A stretch of DNA of 63,770 nucleotides from an uncultured Mycoplasmatota bacterium (GCA_900544625.1 UQVR01000003.1:1-63770); one strand, 5' to 3'; positions 37,132 to 46,386 are shown, counted from the stretch's first letter. The notes: generated from the sequence alone by a model not told the origin. Program-made: numbers and translations.

Positions 37132-38118
37132 ATGGGATTATTTAATAAATTAAAAAACATAATAACAAAAAAAGAAGTTGAAGAAAAAAAAGATGATACT
37201 ATAAAAAAATATGATGAGGGATTAGAAAAATCACGAAATGAGTTTGTATCAAAATTAAGTATGTTGGGTATAAAATATACTAAAATAGATGATGAATATT
37301 TTGATGAATTAGAAAATATTTTAATAATGGCAGACATCGGTGTAAATACCGTAATGGATTTTATGGATAGATTAAGAAAAAGAGTAAAGTCAGAAAATAT
37401 TACCGATACAAAATATTTAAATGAAGTTATCGTAGATGAATTATTTATAATATATGTTAATAATGAATCAATTACTGATAAAATTAATATGGCAAGCGAT
37501 GGACCAACAGTAATATTAATGGTTGGTGTTAATGGGGTAGGTAAAACAACTACAATTGCTAAACTAGCTTATAAATATAAAAATGAAGGAAAAAAAGTCA
37601 TGTTAATCGCGGGGGACACTTTTAGAGCTGGAGCCGTAGAACAATTAAAAATTTGGGCTGATAGAACAGATTCTATCTTTTATGGTAAAGAAAATATTGA
37701 TCCAGCCGGAGTAATTTATGATGGCCTTGTAAAAGCTAAGGAAGAAAACGCTGATATAGTTTTAATTGATACTGCAGGAAGGCTACATAACAAAGTAAAT
37801 TTGATGAAAGAACTCGAAAAGATAAACAAAGTGATTGGCAAGATAATTCTAGATGCACCGCACGAAACTTTATTAGTGATTGATGCGACAACTGGTCAAA
37901 ATGGTATTATGCAAGCAAGTGCATTTAAAGAAATAACCAATATTACAGGTATTGTACTTACAAAATTAGATGGAACAGCTAAAGGAGGAATAGTCCTAGC
38001 AATAAAAGAAGAAGTAAATATTCCTGTAAAGTTCGTAGGGCTTGGGGAAAAAATGACGGATTTAATACCATTTGATATAGAAAACTATATTTATGGTTTA
38101 TTTAAGGATTTGATGTAA
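37132..38118 (+). CDS. ftsY: signal recognition particle receptor FtsY
   Basis: GGAGG at 37121-37125, then the ATG at 37132 (MGLFNKLKN...); 'GVNGVGKTTT', 'DTAGR', 'TKLDGTAKGG'. The track start 37009 is rejected. Confidence 0.92.
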   Translation: MGLFNKLKNIITKKEVEEKKDDTIKKYDEGLEKSRNEFVSKLSMLGIKYTKIDDEYFDELENILIMADIGVNTVMDFMDRLRKRVKSENITDTKYLNEVIVDELFIIYVNNESITDKINMASDGPTVILMVGVNGVGKTTTIAKLAYKYKNEGKKVMLIAGDTFRAGAVEQLKIWADRTDSIFYGKENIDPAGVIYDGLVKAKEENADIVLIDTAGRLHNKVNLMKELEKINKVIGKIILDAPHETLLVIDATTGQNGIMQASAFKEITNITGIVLTKLDGTAKGGIVLAIKEEVNIPVKFVGLGEKMTDLIPFDIENYIYGLFKDLM

Positions 38119-38415
38119 ATGAAAGAATTTTTATATTATGGAGAGCTATTTGATATATATGGTAATCTTTTAAATGAATCAAACAAAAAGTATTATCAAC
38201 TATATTATGAAGAAAATTTAACGCTTCAAGAAATAGCAGATTTAGAACAAGTATCTAAAAGTTATATAGGAAATATTATAAAAAAGACGAGTGAAAAGTT
38301 AAAAGAATATGAAGAATTGTTACATATTTATAAGGATAAAAAGTTATTATCTGAAGCACTTTTAACAGATGATATTAACAAGATAAAGGAAACAATCAAA
38401 AAAGTATTGGCATGA
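38119..38415 (+). CDS. ylxM: YlxM/p13-like putative DNA-binding protein (UPF0122)
   Basis: Starts immediately after the ftsY stop; 'YYEENLTLQEIADLEQVSKSYIGNIIKK' HTH; ~100 aa, as in B. subtilis ylxM. Confidence 0.8.
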   Translation: MKEFLYYGELFDIYGNLLNESNKKYYQLYYEENLTLQEIADLEQVSKSYIGNIIKKTSEKLKEYEELLHIYKDKKLLSEALLTDDINKIKETIKKVLA

Positions 38416-38484
38416 AATAGAAGAAAAAAAGTTAGAAAAGTTCTAATAAAATATAAATATCATAATAATTAATAAGGTGTATAT

Positions 38485-39645
38485 ATGAAAAAGATATTAT
38501 TAATTATTATGAGTTTTTTTGTTCTAAACTTAAATGTTTTAGCAGAAGAAGATTTTGCTCCGAATGGCAAAAGTGCAATTTTAGTAGATAATTTATCTGG
38601 TAAAGTGTTATATGAAAAAAACGCTGATGAAAAACTTGCTCCAGCATCGATGACAAAACTAGCTAGCATGCTAATGGTAATGGAAGCAATTGATAATGGA
38701 AATTTAAAATTTGAAGACAAAGTTACAATTAGTGAAGAAGCTGCCAACATGGGAGGAAGCCAAGTATTTTTACAAGCAGGAGAAGTTTATACAGTATATG
38801 ATTTATTAAAAAGTGTAGCGATAGCAAGTGGTAATGATGCTGTAGTAGCTCTAGCAGAAAAAATCGGGGGCTCACAAAGTGGATTTATTGATATGTTAAA
38901 TAAAAGACTTAAAGAAATTGGAGCCACAAATACAAATTTTGTAAATGCTCATGGACTTGATGCTGAAGGACATTATTCAACTGCCAGAGATATGTCGATC
39001 ATTGCCCGTGAACTTCTTAAGCATCCAAAAATACTAGAATTTACAAGTATATATGAAGAATACTTAGAAAAAAATGATGGCTCAAGGATATGGTTAGTAA
39101 ATACAAATAAATTAGTTAGATTTTATGATGGCGTGGATGGATTAAAAACAGGTTTTACAAAAACAGCAGGATATTGTTTAACTGCAACAGCTAGCAAAAA
39201 TAACTTCAGGCTAATATCAGTAGTAATGGGGGAAGATACCTCTGAAAATAGAAGTAGTGATACAGTAAAAATGTTAAATTATGGGTTTAACACATTTAAA
39301 ATAAATATAATAAAAACAAAAGGAGAATCATTAGGAAAAGTTAGGGTAGAAAGAGGAAAACAAGATAAAGCCAATATAGTTTTATTAAATGATGCCACAG
39401 AAATATTAAAAAATACTGATCCAGTTACAGAATATAGTTTTAATTTAAAAGTAAACAAAATAAAAGCTCCAGTAAAAGTAGGCGATATCGTTGGAACAGC
39501 AGAGATTATTGATTCAGAAGGAAATATCGTAGATGAGGTAGATGTAACTGTTGAAAAAGACATTAAAAAAGCTAATATATTAGATTATATGTTAAGAAAT
39601 TTAAAAACAATTGGTTTTGGAAAAAGTATTCTTAAACAAAATTAA
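38485..39645 (+). CDS. D-alanyl-D-alanine carboxypeptidase (PBP5/DacF-like serine peptidase S11)
   Basis: Signal peptide; 'PASMTKL' (SxxK), 'ASGND' (SxN), 'LKTGFT' (KTG). Confidence 0.9.
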   Translation: MKKILLIIMSFFVLNLNVLAEEDFAPNGKSAILVDNLSGKVLYEKNADEKLAPASMTKLASMLMVMEAIDNGNLKFEDKVTISEEAANMGGSQVFLQAGEVYTVYDLLKSVAIASGNDAVVALAEKIGGSQSGFIDMLNKRLKEIGATNTNFVNAHGLDAEGHYSTARDMSIIARELLKHPKILEFTSIYEEYLEKNDGSRIWLVNTNKLVRFYDGVDGLKTGFTKTAGYCLTATASKNNFRLISVVMGEDTSENRSSDTVKMLNYGFNTFKINIIKTKGESLGKVRVERGKQDKANIVLLNDATEILKNTDPVTEYSFNLKVNKIKAPVKVGDIVGTAEIIDSEGNIVDEVDVTVEKDIKKANILDYMLRNLKTIGFGKSILKQN

Positions 39646-39667
39646 AAGCACTAGTCAAGTGCTTTTT
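39645..39667. terminator. bidirectional terminator between the dac gene and trmL
   Basis: AAAGCACT (39645-39652) / AGTGCTTT (39658-39665) + T-run. Confidence 0.7.
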
Positions 39668-40184
39668 AAGTGGGATAATCTTCGATTTCAGTTTTTGATT
39701 TATGAGGCTCATCAAATAATAAATCATCATAGTTTCTTTGTCTTAAAGCCTCATATAACATAATGGCAACAGTATTAGATAAATTTAAAGATCTAACATT
39801 CGCAGTCATAGGTATTCGCATACAATTATCAATGTGAGGTTTTAATATTTTTTTTGGAATACCTGTAGATTCTTTTCCAAAAACAAAATAAATATTTTCA
39901 TTTCTATTAGAATAATCAAAACTTGAATGAGGCTTATGACCATATCTAGTTAGAAAATAAAATGTTCCATCTTGATTTTTCTTAAAAAAATCATCCCAAT
40001 TTTCATAGACAGTCCAATTTAATTTGTCTATATAATTAACACCACATCTTTTTAAAGTAGCATCATCTACTTTAAACCCTAAAGGTTTAATCAAATGTAA
40101 AACTGCTCCGACTGCCACACAAGTCCTCATTATATTTCCAGTATTCTGAGGGATTTCTGGTTCAAATAAAACTACATTTAACAT
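39666..40184 (-). CDS. trmL: tRNA (cytidine/uridine-2'-O-)-methyltransferase TrmL (SpoU family)
   Basis: 'LFEPEIPQNTGNIMRTC', 'FVFGKESTGIP', 'RSLNLSNTVAI'. Confidence 0.85.
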   Translation of the reverse strand: MLNVVLFEPEIPQNTGNIMRTCVAVGAVLHLIKPLGFKVDDATLKRCGVNYIDKLNWTVYENWDDFFKKNQDGTFYFLTRYGHKPHSSFDYSNRNENIYFVFGKESTGIPKKILKPHIDNCMRIPMTANVRSLNLSNTVAIMLYEALRQRNYDDLLFDEPHKSKTEIEDYPT

Positions 40185-40209
40185 AATATCACTCCTTTAA
40201 AAAAAGGTC

Positions 40210-40833
40210 TTATTGACCTTCATAACCATATATATCTAGTAACTTTTGAAAATCGCCAGCATTAATTATATTATTATCATTTCTTGTAACAACATCTACA
40301 ATTTTACCATTTCTATAATACAATATAGTTGGAACTTTTTTAATTTTATCGGTATTAAATGCATTATTTAGTCTGTTTAAATAATTATCTTCATCCATTA
40401 TACTTTTAACATTTAAATAATAGAATGAATCATTTAATTTATATTTATCTAGAATTCTTTTTAATCCATTTTCTAGTTTATAAGTATCTTTATTTCCAGT
40501 ATAACTTATTAAGACAAAGTATTCAGTCGGAGATTCTGTCAATATTTGATTTACTTCGTCTAAATTCTTAATTTCTAAACTAACAGTACCAGAATCTAAT
40601 AAATAACTTTTACTTAAAGTATCGGTTTCTTTTAATTTATTAACTCTATAACCATAAAATATTACTAATATTAAAGCTAAAACGATACATACAATTATTA
40701 AAATGTTTTTTTGAGAAAATATATGTTTTGCTCCTTCAACTTCTTTTAATTCTACCTTGTTAACATTTAAATTAGTATTTTTACTTTTAGTACTTTTAAT
40801 ACTATTTGAATTTGTTTTTTTTGTATTTGCCAT
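40210..40833 (-). CDS. membrane-anchored thioredoxin-fold-like protein without CxxC (hypothetical)
   Basis: Basic N-terminus, one TM (ILIIVCIVLALILVIFYGY), C-terminal 'VPTILYYRNGKIVDV' Trx-like strand; no Cys pair; the start at MANTKK is preferred on RBS spacing. Confidence 0.5.
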   Translation of the reverse strand: MANTKKTNSNSIKSTKSKNTNLNVNKVELKEVEGAKHIFSQKNILIIVCIVLALILVIFYGYRVNKLKETDTLSKSYLLDSGTVSLEIKNLDEVNQILTESPTEYFVLISYTGNKDTYKLENGLKRILDKYKLNDSFYYLNVKSIMDEDNYLNRLNNAFNTDKIKKVPTILYYRNGKIVDVVTRNDNNIINAGDFQKLLDIYGYEGQ

Positions 40834-40892
40834 ACACACCATACCTTTCATATTTATATTAACATAAAATTAATTTTTTTTAAATATATTTC

Positions 40893-43124
40893 TTATTCTT
40901 CGACATTATTTTTCTCTAACTTTACTAAAACTTCACGAGGCTTGGACCCATTTTGAGGACCAACGATACCACGAGATTCCAGTAAGTCCATCATTCTAGC
41001 AGCTCTATTATAACCAAATCTAAATCTTCTTTGAATTAAAGAAGCACTTATTTTACCGGTTTGAATAGCAAATTCAACGACATCATTATAAGCATCGTCA
41101 TCTTCCCCTCCGATAGCAGAGTTACCAACACCACTTGAAGTATTTTGACTTACATTTTCAAAAGCAGAGTCATATTTTGCCGTAGCTTGATTTTTACAAT
41201 AATCTATTAATCTTTTTATTTCATCATCGTTTATAAAGCAACCTTGAACTCTGATTGGAACACTTTCACCCATAGGAAAGTACAACATATCTCCTTTACC
41301 AAGTAATCTTTCGGCACCACGTTGATCAAGAATAGTTCTTGAATCGATTTGACTAGCAACCGCAAATGCAATACGAGATGGAATATTATTTTTAATTAAA
41401 CCTGTAATAACATCAGTAGATGGTCTTTGTGTTGCAACAATTAAGTGAATACCAGCAGCACGAGCAAGTTGTGTAATACGAGTAATAGAATCTTCAACTT
41501 CTTTTGAAGCAACAAGCATTAAATCTGCAAGTTCATCAATTATAACAACAATATAAGGCATTTTATTTTGTGGGCTTTCTGGATGTTTTTTATTATATTT
41601 TTCTATCATATCATTATATCCAGTAATATTTTTTACTTCTTTATCACTAAATGTTTGAAATCTATTATCCATTTCTGTAACAACTTTTTGTAATGTTAAA
41701 CTAGCTTTCTTAGGATCACTAACAACGGGACAAAGTAGGTGAGGTATACCATTATAATTTGTAAGTTCAACCTTTTTAGGGTCAACTAATACAAGTTTAA
41801 CTTCATTAGGTTTATAACGCATTAGAATAGATGCAATAATACCATTAATACATACAGATTTCCCAGAACCAGTAGAACCAGCTACTAAAAGGTGAGGCAT
41901 TTTTGTTAAGTCAAATACTTTTGGTGTTCCCATGATATCTTTACCTAATGCTGAACAAATTTTAGCATCACTCTTTAGGTTTTGAGGACTTTCAAGAACT
42001 TCCCTTAAAGTTACACTTGAAATGGTTGGATTAGGTATTTCAATACCAATAGTACTTTTTCCTGGAATGGGAGCTTGAATTATAACATCTTTTGCCGCTA
42101 AAGCCAAAGCAATTTCTTTATCGATATTTAAAATTCTACTTACCTTTGTGGCAGGTGGAACTGTAAGTTCATATTCAGTAACCGCGGGTCCAATATGTAT
42201 TTCCACAACTTTTGCAGCAATACCAAAATCTTTTAAAACTCTTTCAAGTATTTCTTTATTGCTTTGTGTAAATGAAGTATTGTTATTTTTCTTAGGCTTC
42301 AAAGGATCAAATATTTCACTAAATCTTGGAAGTCTATAATAATCTTCATTATCAACTATATCTGTTTTAGTTTCTTTTTCTAAAGATTCTTCTACAATAG
42401 GTTTAGTTTTTAATTCTTCCATTGATGTAATAATTATTTTTTCTTTTTCCACAGGTTTGACTTCAATATTTTCTTTTACCTCATCACTATTACTAATAGG
42501 AATAATTTCTTCTGTTTCATTTTTTTCTTTCTTCTTAAATTTTACTAATCTAAATAACTTTTTAAATATATTAGATAAATTGACATTAAATGTTAAGACT
42601 GATGCAAATATTCCAAGTAATACTAAAATTACAATTGTACCAGTTTTACCAAAAAGGCCATATAGTGCAGCAGTAAATAAAGCACCGATAAATCCACCAC
42701 CAATAACAATTGTAGTAACACCAGAAGTGTTTAAAGCATTACTAGCAGTAATCGTAGAAATTCGTTCCATATAATTATTATAAGTTTCCATAAGAATTTC
42801 TTTTGGATTACCAGTTATTTTTAAAAATTCAAAATGACTTGCAACAAGAATAATTATAAAAAAGATATATAGACCAATTAATTTTTGATCACTAAACTTA
42901 GGCATTTTTCTTTTATATAACATGTAAACACCCAATATTATTAAAGCAATTAGAATAACTATCCACCAAGTCCCTGCTAAAAACATGGCAAATTTTTTTA
43001 ATATTGACCCAATAAAACCAAATCCAAATCCAATAACTCCAATTAAAATAAGGATAAGCCCAGTAAGTTCAACACTATATGAACTATTATTACTGCTATC
43101 TTTAGTTTTTTTCTTCTTTGCCAT
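40893..43124 (-). CDS. ftsK: DNA translocase FtsK/SpoIIIE
   Basis: N-terminal TM helices, 'VAGSTGSGKS' Walker A, 'VVIIDELADL' Walker B, gamma domain 'SASLIQRRFRFGYNRAARMMDLLE'. Confidence 0.95.
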   Translation of the reverse strand: MAKKKKTKDSSNNSSYSVELTGLILILIGVIGFGFGFIGSILKKFAMFLAGTWWIVILIALIILGVYMLYKRKMPKFSDQKLIGLYIFFIIILVASHFEFLKITGNPKEILMETYNNYMERISTITASNALNTSGVTTIVIGGGFIGALFTAALYGLFGKTGTIVILVLLGIFASVLTFNVNLSNIFKKLFRLVKFKKKEKNETEEIIPISNSDEVKENIEVKPVEKEKIIITSMEELKTKPIVEESLEKETKTDIVDNEDYYRLPRFSEIFDPLKPKKNNNTSFTQSNKEILERVLKDFGIAAKVVEIHIGPAVTEYELTVPPATKVSRILNIDKEIALALAAKDVIIQAPIPGKSTIGIEIPNPTISSVTLREVLESPQNLKSDAKICSALGKDIMGTPKVFDLTKMPHLLVAGSTGSGKSVCINGIIASILMRYKPNEVKLVLVDPKKVELTNYNGIPHLLCPVVSDPKKASLTLQKVVTEMDNRFQTFSDKEVKNITGYNDMIEKYNKKHPESPQNKMPYIVVIIDELADLMLVASKEVEDSITRITQLARAAGIHLIVATQRPSTDVITGLIKNNIPSRIAFAVASQIDSRTILDQRGAERLLGKGDMLYFPMGESVPIRVQGCFINDDEIKRLIDYCKNQATAKYDSAFENVSQNTSSGVGNSAIGGEDDDAYNDVVEFAIQTGKISASLIQRRFRFGYNRAARMMDLLESRGIVGPQNGSKPREVLVKLEKNNVEE

Positions 43125-43211
43125 ATTCATCACCTTAATTAATTATACATTATAATGAAAAATTATTCAACTTTATCGAAATAAATTTTAAATATATAAG
43201 CAATTTACCCA

Positions 43212-43238
43212 ATACAATTTTTAGGCGAAACATACTAT
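43212..43238 (+). promoter_or_regulatory. possible sigma-E-like sporulation promoter of cotJ
   Basis: ATA (43212-43214) - 16 nt - CATACTAT (43231-43238), close to the B. subtilis sigma-E -10 element CATACA-T as I recall it. Confidence 0.3.
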
Positions 43239-43256
43239 AAGATAGGGAGGAAAAAA

Positions 43257-43691
43257 ATGTTATTTGATGATAATTTAGGATTTTTTGGCTTTGCTGTACC
43301 AAAGAATATGAAAATAAGTAGTGATTCAGATTTGACAAGTATTGCTGATGGTTTTTCTAAGGGAAATATGTTTAATAATTTATATGATCCATATAAAAAT
43401 TATAAATACGAAAGAGTTGTTGCTAATAATAAACAAGAAGAATTATTATTAGAAATAATGGCACTATCTTTTGCAATCAATGACTTAAATCTTTATTTAG
43501 ATTTACATCCAACTGATGAAGAAATGTTAAAAAAATTTAGAGAATTAGCTGAAAAATCATGTACAAAAGAAATGGAATATGTTAAAGCTTATGGACCACT
43601 TGAAGTAATTGATAATAACTCATTATCAAAATTTAATTGGATAAATAATCCATGGCCTTGGGAAAATACTGGAGGTACAAAATATGTTTAA
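43257..43691 (+). CDS. cotJB: spore coat protein CotJB with an N-terminal CotJA-like extension (apparent CotJA-CotJB fusion)
   Basis: GGGAGG RBS; C-terminal part 'LNLYLDLHPTDEE...YGPL...NNPWPWE' = CotJB; N-terminal 'FAVP...GFSKGNMFNNLYDPYKNY' resembles the CotJA core. Confidence 0.75.
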   Translation: MLFDDNLGFFGFAVPKNMKISSDSDLTSIADGFSKGNMFNNLYDPYKNYKYERVVANNKQEELLLEIMALSFAINDLNLYLDLHPTDEEMLKKFRELAEKSCTKEMEYVKAYGPLEVIDNNSLSKFNWINNPWPWENTGGTKYV

Positions 43692-44244
43692 ATATGTAAA
43701 ACATTTATCTTATCCAGTCAGTGTTACAAAAAAAGATTTAAAAATGGCAAAACTTATTATTACTCAGGTCGGGGGTTATGCTGGAGAACTTGGAGCATCG
43801 TTGCGATATTTTCATCAAAAGTTTACAATGCCAGATGAATTAGGAAGAGCATTACTTAATGACATTGCAACTGAAGAAATAGGTCATTTAGAAATGGTTG
43901 CCACTATAGTTTCACAATTAATATCTAATGCTACAATTGATGAGATTAAAGAAGCAGGACTAGAAAGTTTTTATACAGAACACGGAAAAGGAGTTTTCCC
44001 TATGAACGCAGATGGTGTAGCATTTGATGCTTCAACATTTGCTGTAACTGGTAATCCTTTAGCAGATTTAGTAGAAGATATGGCGGCAGAACAAAAAGCT
44101 AGAGTTGCATATGAACATTTAATTGATTTAGCAACAGATCCAAAAGTAATAGAGCCACTTTTATTCTTGCGCCAAAGAGAAATTGTGCACTTTAATCGTT
44201 TTCAAGAACTTTACAATTATTATAAGGATAAAGGATATAAATAA
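43684..44244 (+). CDS. cotJC: spore coat protein CotJC (manganese-catalase family)
   Basis: 'GELGASLRYFHQ', 'ATEEIGHLEMV', 'AEQKARVAYEHL'; 8-nt overlap with cotJB. Confidence 0.9.
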   Translation: MFKYVKHLSYPVSVTKKDLKMAKLIITQVGGYAGELGASLRYFHQKFTMPDELGRALLNDIATEEIGHLEMVATIVSQLISNATIDEIKEAGLESFYTEHGKGVFPMNADGVAFDASTFAVTGNPLADLVEDMAAEQKARVAYEHLIDLATDPKVIEPLLFLRQREIVHFNRFQELYNYYKDKGYK

Positions 44245-44247
44245 TTT

Positions 44248-44269
44248 AAAAGCCACATCGGCTTTTTTT
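44248..44269 (+). terminator. rho-independent terminator after cotJC
   Basis: AAAAGCC (44248-44254) / GGCTTTT (44260-44266) + T-run. Confidence 0.65.
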
Positions 44270-44323
44270 GATGTAAAATTTTTTAAAAAAATCAATCATA
44301 CTAAAATTTTAATTAATTAATAA

Positions 44324-44352
44324 TTGACTTTATATTTATTTTATCTTAAAAT
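44324..44352 (+). promoter_or_regulatory. sigma-A-type promoter of the glycine-rich protein gene
   Basis: TTGACT (44324-44329) - 17 nt - TAAAAT (44347-44352). Confidence 0.55.
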
Positions 44353-44377
44353 TAATTATAGGATAGGTTAGAAGCAT

Positions 44378-46324
44378 ATGAATAAATTGTTGAATAGAAT
44401 AAAAAAAATCCTCAATAAAGATGTAACTGCTTTCTTAAACAAAAATAAAATTCCACTAATAAGTATAGCAATAGTGGTCCTTTTATCATGTGTTGGTCTA
44501 ATCGTTACATATGCATTCTATCAAGTAGTTGATGTAAAACCAATCATTGGGGGAGCAACATCAGAAATTTCCGATTTAGATATAAGAATAATGGCTGAAG
44601 AAAGAGATGCAAATGGAAATGGCTTAAATACATATGGATTATATCCTTATATACCAAAAGCAGGTTATGTTTATAATGAAACAAAAAGTAAATGTACAAA
44701 TGGTTCAACAATAAAATATGATTCAAAAAATTACAGTGCTGATATAACAGCTTTAGGACACGATGTATGTTATTTATATTTTGATTCTACAGCTCAACTA
44801 GATATTACACTAAATGTTTATGCTGAAAATGTCGATTCAGATGGTAATGGTAATGGAGAATATACAAAGTTAGAAACAACTGCATTACCAACAATTGGAT
44901 ATGAAATAAATGCTTCAAAAAGCAAATGTCAAAATGGTTCAACAGTAACTTATAGTGCTGCAGACAATTTGTTTTCAGTAGAATCCAATCAAAAAGATGT
45001 GTGTGATGTATATATGGATGCCATGGATGTAGACATTGCTCTAAAAATATATGTTCAAGCTAAAAAGAACTCGGCAACATACTATGAAGCAAAAACGATT
45101 CCGTCAAATTTATTTTATGCATTATCTACAAAATCTGCATGTACAGGTACTTCAACAATGTCAATAAAAAATCAAAAAATAGTTATTGCAGCAACAGGAA
45201 GAACTAGTTGTGTTGCATATTTAGATGTAAGTAGTGGACCAATACTTGAAAGTATGAAAGTTACAAATGGAACAACAGGCACAACAATAACACTTGGAAA
45301 TAGTCCTTTAGGACTTACACCTAACACATATTATTATTCAAGTGATGGTGGAAAAACATATGTATCAAGTACAAATAATAGTTACACATTTGCGGGTTTA
45401 ACTAATCCAAGTTATGCTTTTAGAGCTTATAGTGCAGATGCATCAGGAAACACGTCCAGAACTTTTGAAACATCAACATATGGATATTATGGGTTAGTAG
45501 ATTATTCAAATCAAATCCAAACTAAAACTATTATGGAGCCAGGATACTATAAATTAGAGGTATGGGGAGCGCAAGGTGGTAGCTATGGCTCTTATACAGG
45601 TGGTTACGGCGGATATTCTACGGGAATTGTTTATTTAGATGCAAATCAACAATTATATATAGCATCAGGAGGAGCAGGAGCTGCAGGATGTAATACACAA
45701 TATTGTAGTGGTGGTTATAATGGTGGCGGCCGCGGTGCTGGAAGTTCAAACCCAGTTTATTCTGGTGGTGGTGGAGGAGCTACTCATATTGCAACCAAAA
45801 CCGGAATTTTATCATCCTTATATGATAGTATAGATAATATATTAATCGTTGCCGGTGGAGGTGGAGGCGTATCTTTCCAAGCACCATCTTATACAGGTAA
45901 TGGTGGAGCAGGTGGCGGAGCTTCTGGTGTTAATGGAACTAATTTGTCAAGTGGATTTTTATATGGTGCTGGCGGCAGTCAAAATTCAGGTGGTGCATCC
46001 GGTGGAGGCACAGAAAATTCAGTTGCCCGAGGTGAAAGTGGTTCGTTTGGACAAGGCGGAGATGGTAATTACTATTCTGCCGGTGGAGGCGGAGGCCTTT
46101 ACGGTGGAGGAGCAAGTAATCAAGCTGGAGCCGGTGGAGGTTCAGGATATATTGGAAACTCATTACTAATTAATAAATCAATGTATTGCTATAATTGTAC
46201 TGCAAATAGTGCGGAAAATACTAGAACATACCCCACAACATGTCATAATGCTAATGCTACAGAAAATTGTTCTAAAGAAGGAAATGGTTATGCAATCATT
46301 ACTTATATAGGTTCAACAATATAA
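44378..46324 (+). CDS. N-terminally anchored/secreted multidomain protein: 3 Cys-pair repeats + FN3-like domain + C-terminal glycine-rich (Gly_rich, PF12810-like) domain
   Basis: TM 'IPLISIAIVVLLSCVGLIVTYAFY'; repeats at aa 66-283; 'YYYSSDGGKTY...YTFAGLT...AFRAYSADASGN' is FN3-like; 'YYKLEVWGAQGG...GGYNGGGRG...SGGGGGATHI...LIVAGGGGG...AGGGGGLYGGG...GGGSGYIG' matches the glycine-rich-protein family pattern. Confidence 0.7.
   Translation: MNKLLNRIKKILNKDVTAFLNKNKIPLISIAIVVLLSCVGLIVTYAFYQVVDVKPIIGGATSEISDLDIRIMAEERDANGNGLNTYGLYPYIPKAGYVYNETKSKCTNGSTIKYDSKNYSADITALGHDVCYLYFDSTAQLDITLNVYAENVDSDGNGNGEYTKLETTALPTIGYEINASKSKCQNGSTVTYSAADNLFSVESNQKDVCDVYMDAMDVDIALKIYVQAKKNSATYYEAKTIPSNLFYALSTKSACTGTSTMSIKNQKIVIAATGRTSCVAYLDVSSGPILESMKVTNGTTGTTITLGNSPLGLTPNTYYYSSDGGKTYVSSTNNSYTFAGLTNPSYAFRAYSADASGNTSRTFETSTYGYYGLVDYSNQIQTKTIMEPGYYKLEVWGAQGGSYGSYTGGYGGYSTGIVYLDANQQLYIASGGAGAAGCNTQYCSGGYNGGGRGAGSSNPVYSGGGGGATHIATKTGILSSLYDSIDNILIVAGGGGGVSFQAPSYTGNGGAGGGASGVNGTNLSSGFLYGAGGSQNSGGASGGGTENSVARGESGSFGQGGDGNYYSAGGGGGLYGGGASNQAGAGGGSGYIGNSLLINKSMYCYNCTANSAENTRTYPTTCHNANATENCSKEGNGYAIITYIGSTI
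44573..45226 (+). repeat. three tandem ~70-aa protein-level repeats, each with a conserved Cys pair
   Basis: DLDIRI...GYVYNETKSKCTNGSTIKYD...DVCYLYFD / QLDITL...GYEINASKSKCQNGSTVTYS...DVCDVYMD / DVDIAL...ALSTKSACTGTSTMSIKN...TSCVAYLD. Confidence 0.7.
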
Positions 46325-46345
46325 GTTTGTTGAACCTTTTATTTT
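46310..46345 (+). terminator. rho-independent terminator (stop codon in the loop)
   Basis: GGTTCAACAA (46310-46319) / TTGTTGAACC (46327-46336) + TTTTATTTT. Confidence 0.85.
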
Positions 46346-46357
46346 AAAAAGAATTAA

Positions 46358-46386
46358 TTGACTTTGCATAATATTTATCATAAAAT
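46358..46386 (+). promoter_or_regulatory. sigma-A-type promoter
   Basis: TTGACT (46358-46363) - 17 nt - TAAAAT (46381-46386); same AATTGACTTT...TAAAATTAA architecture as at 44324. Confidence 0.55.

Noticed and set aside
40210-40833. Thioredoxin-like membrane protein as a possible redox partner for the Cys-containing fibre subunits
   Set aside because: No CxxC or any Cys pair is present in the soluble domain, and the gene lies in a different, oppositely oriented transcription unit. A functional link is not supportable.
43150-43338. Minus-strand 62-aa ORF spanning the ftsK-cotJ intergenic region
   Set aside because: It overlaps the cotJ promoter, RBS and start. It has no RBS of its own and a low-complexity translation.
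45849-46169. ORF-track entries 45849-46169 (+) and 45939-46163 (-) inside the glycine-rich region
   Set aside because: They are alternative-frame or antisense readings of the GGN-repeat coding sequence of ORF 44378 (which has motifs, an RBS and a terminator). They have no RBS and their composition is a frame artefact.
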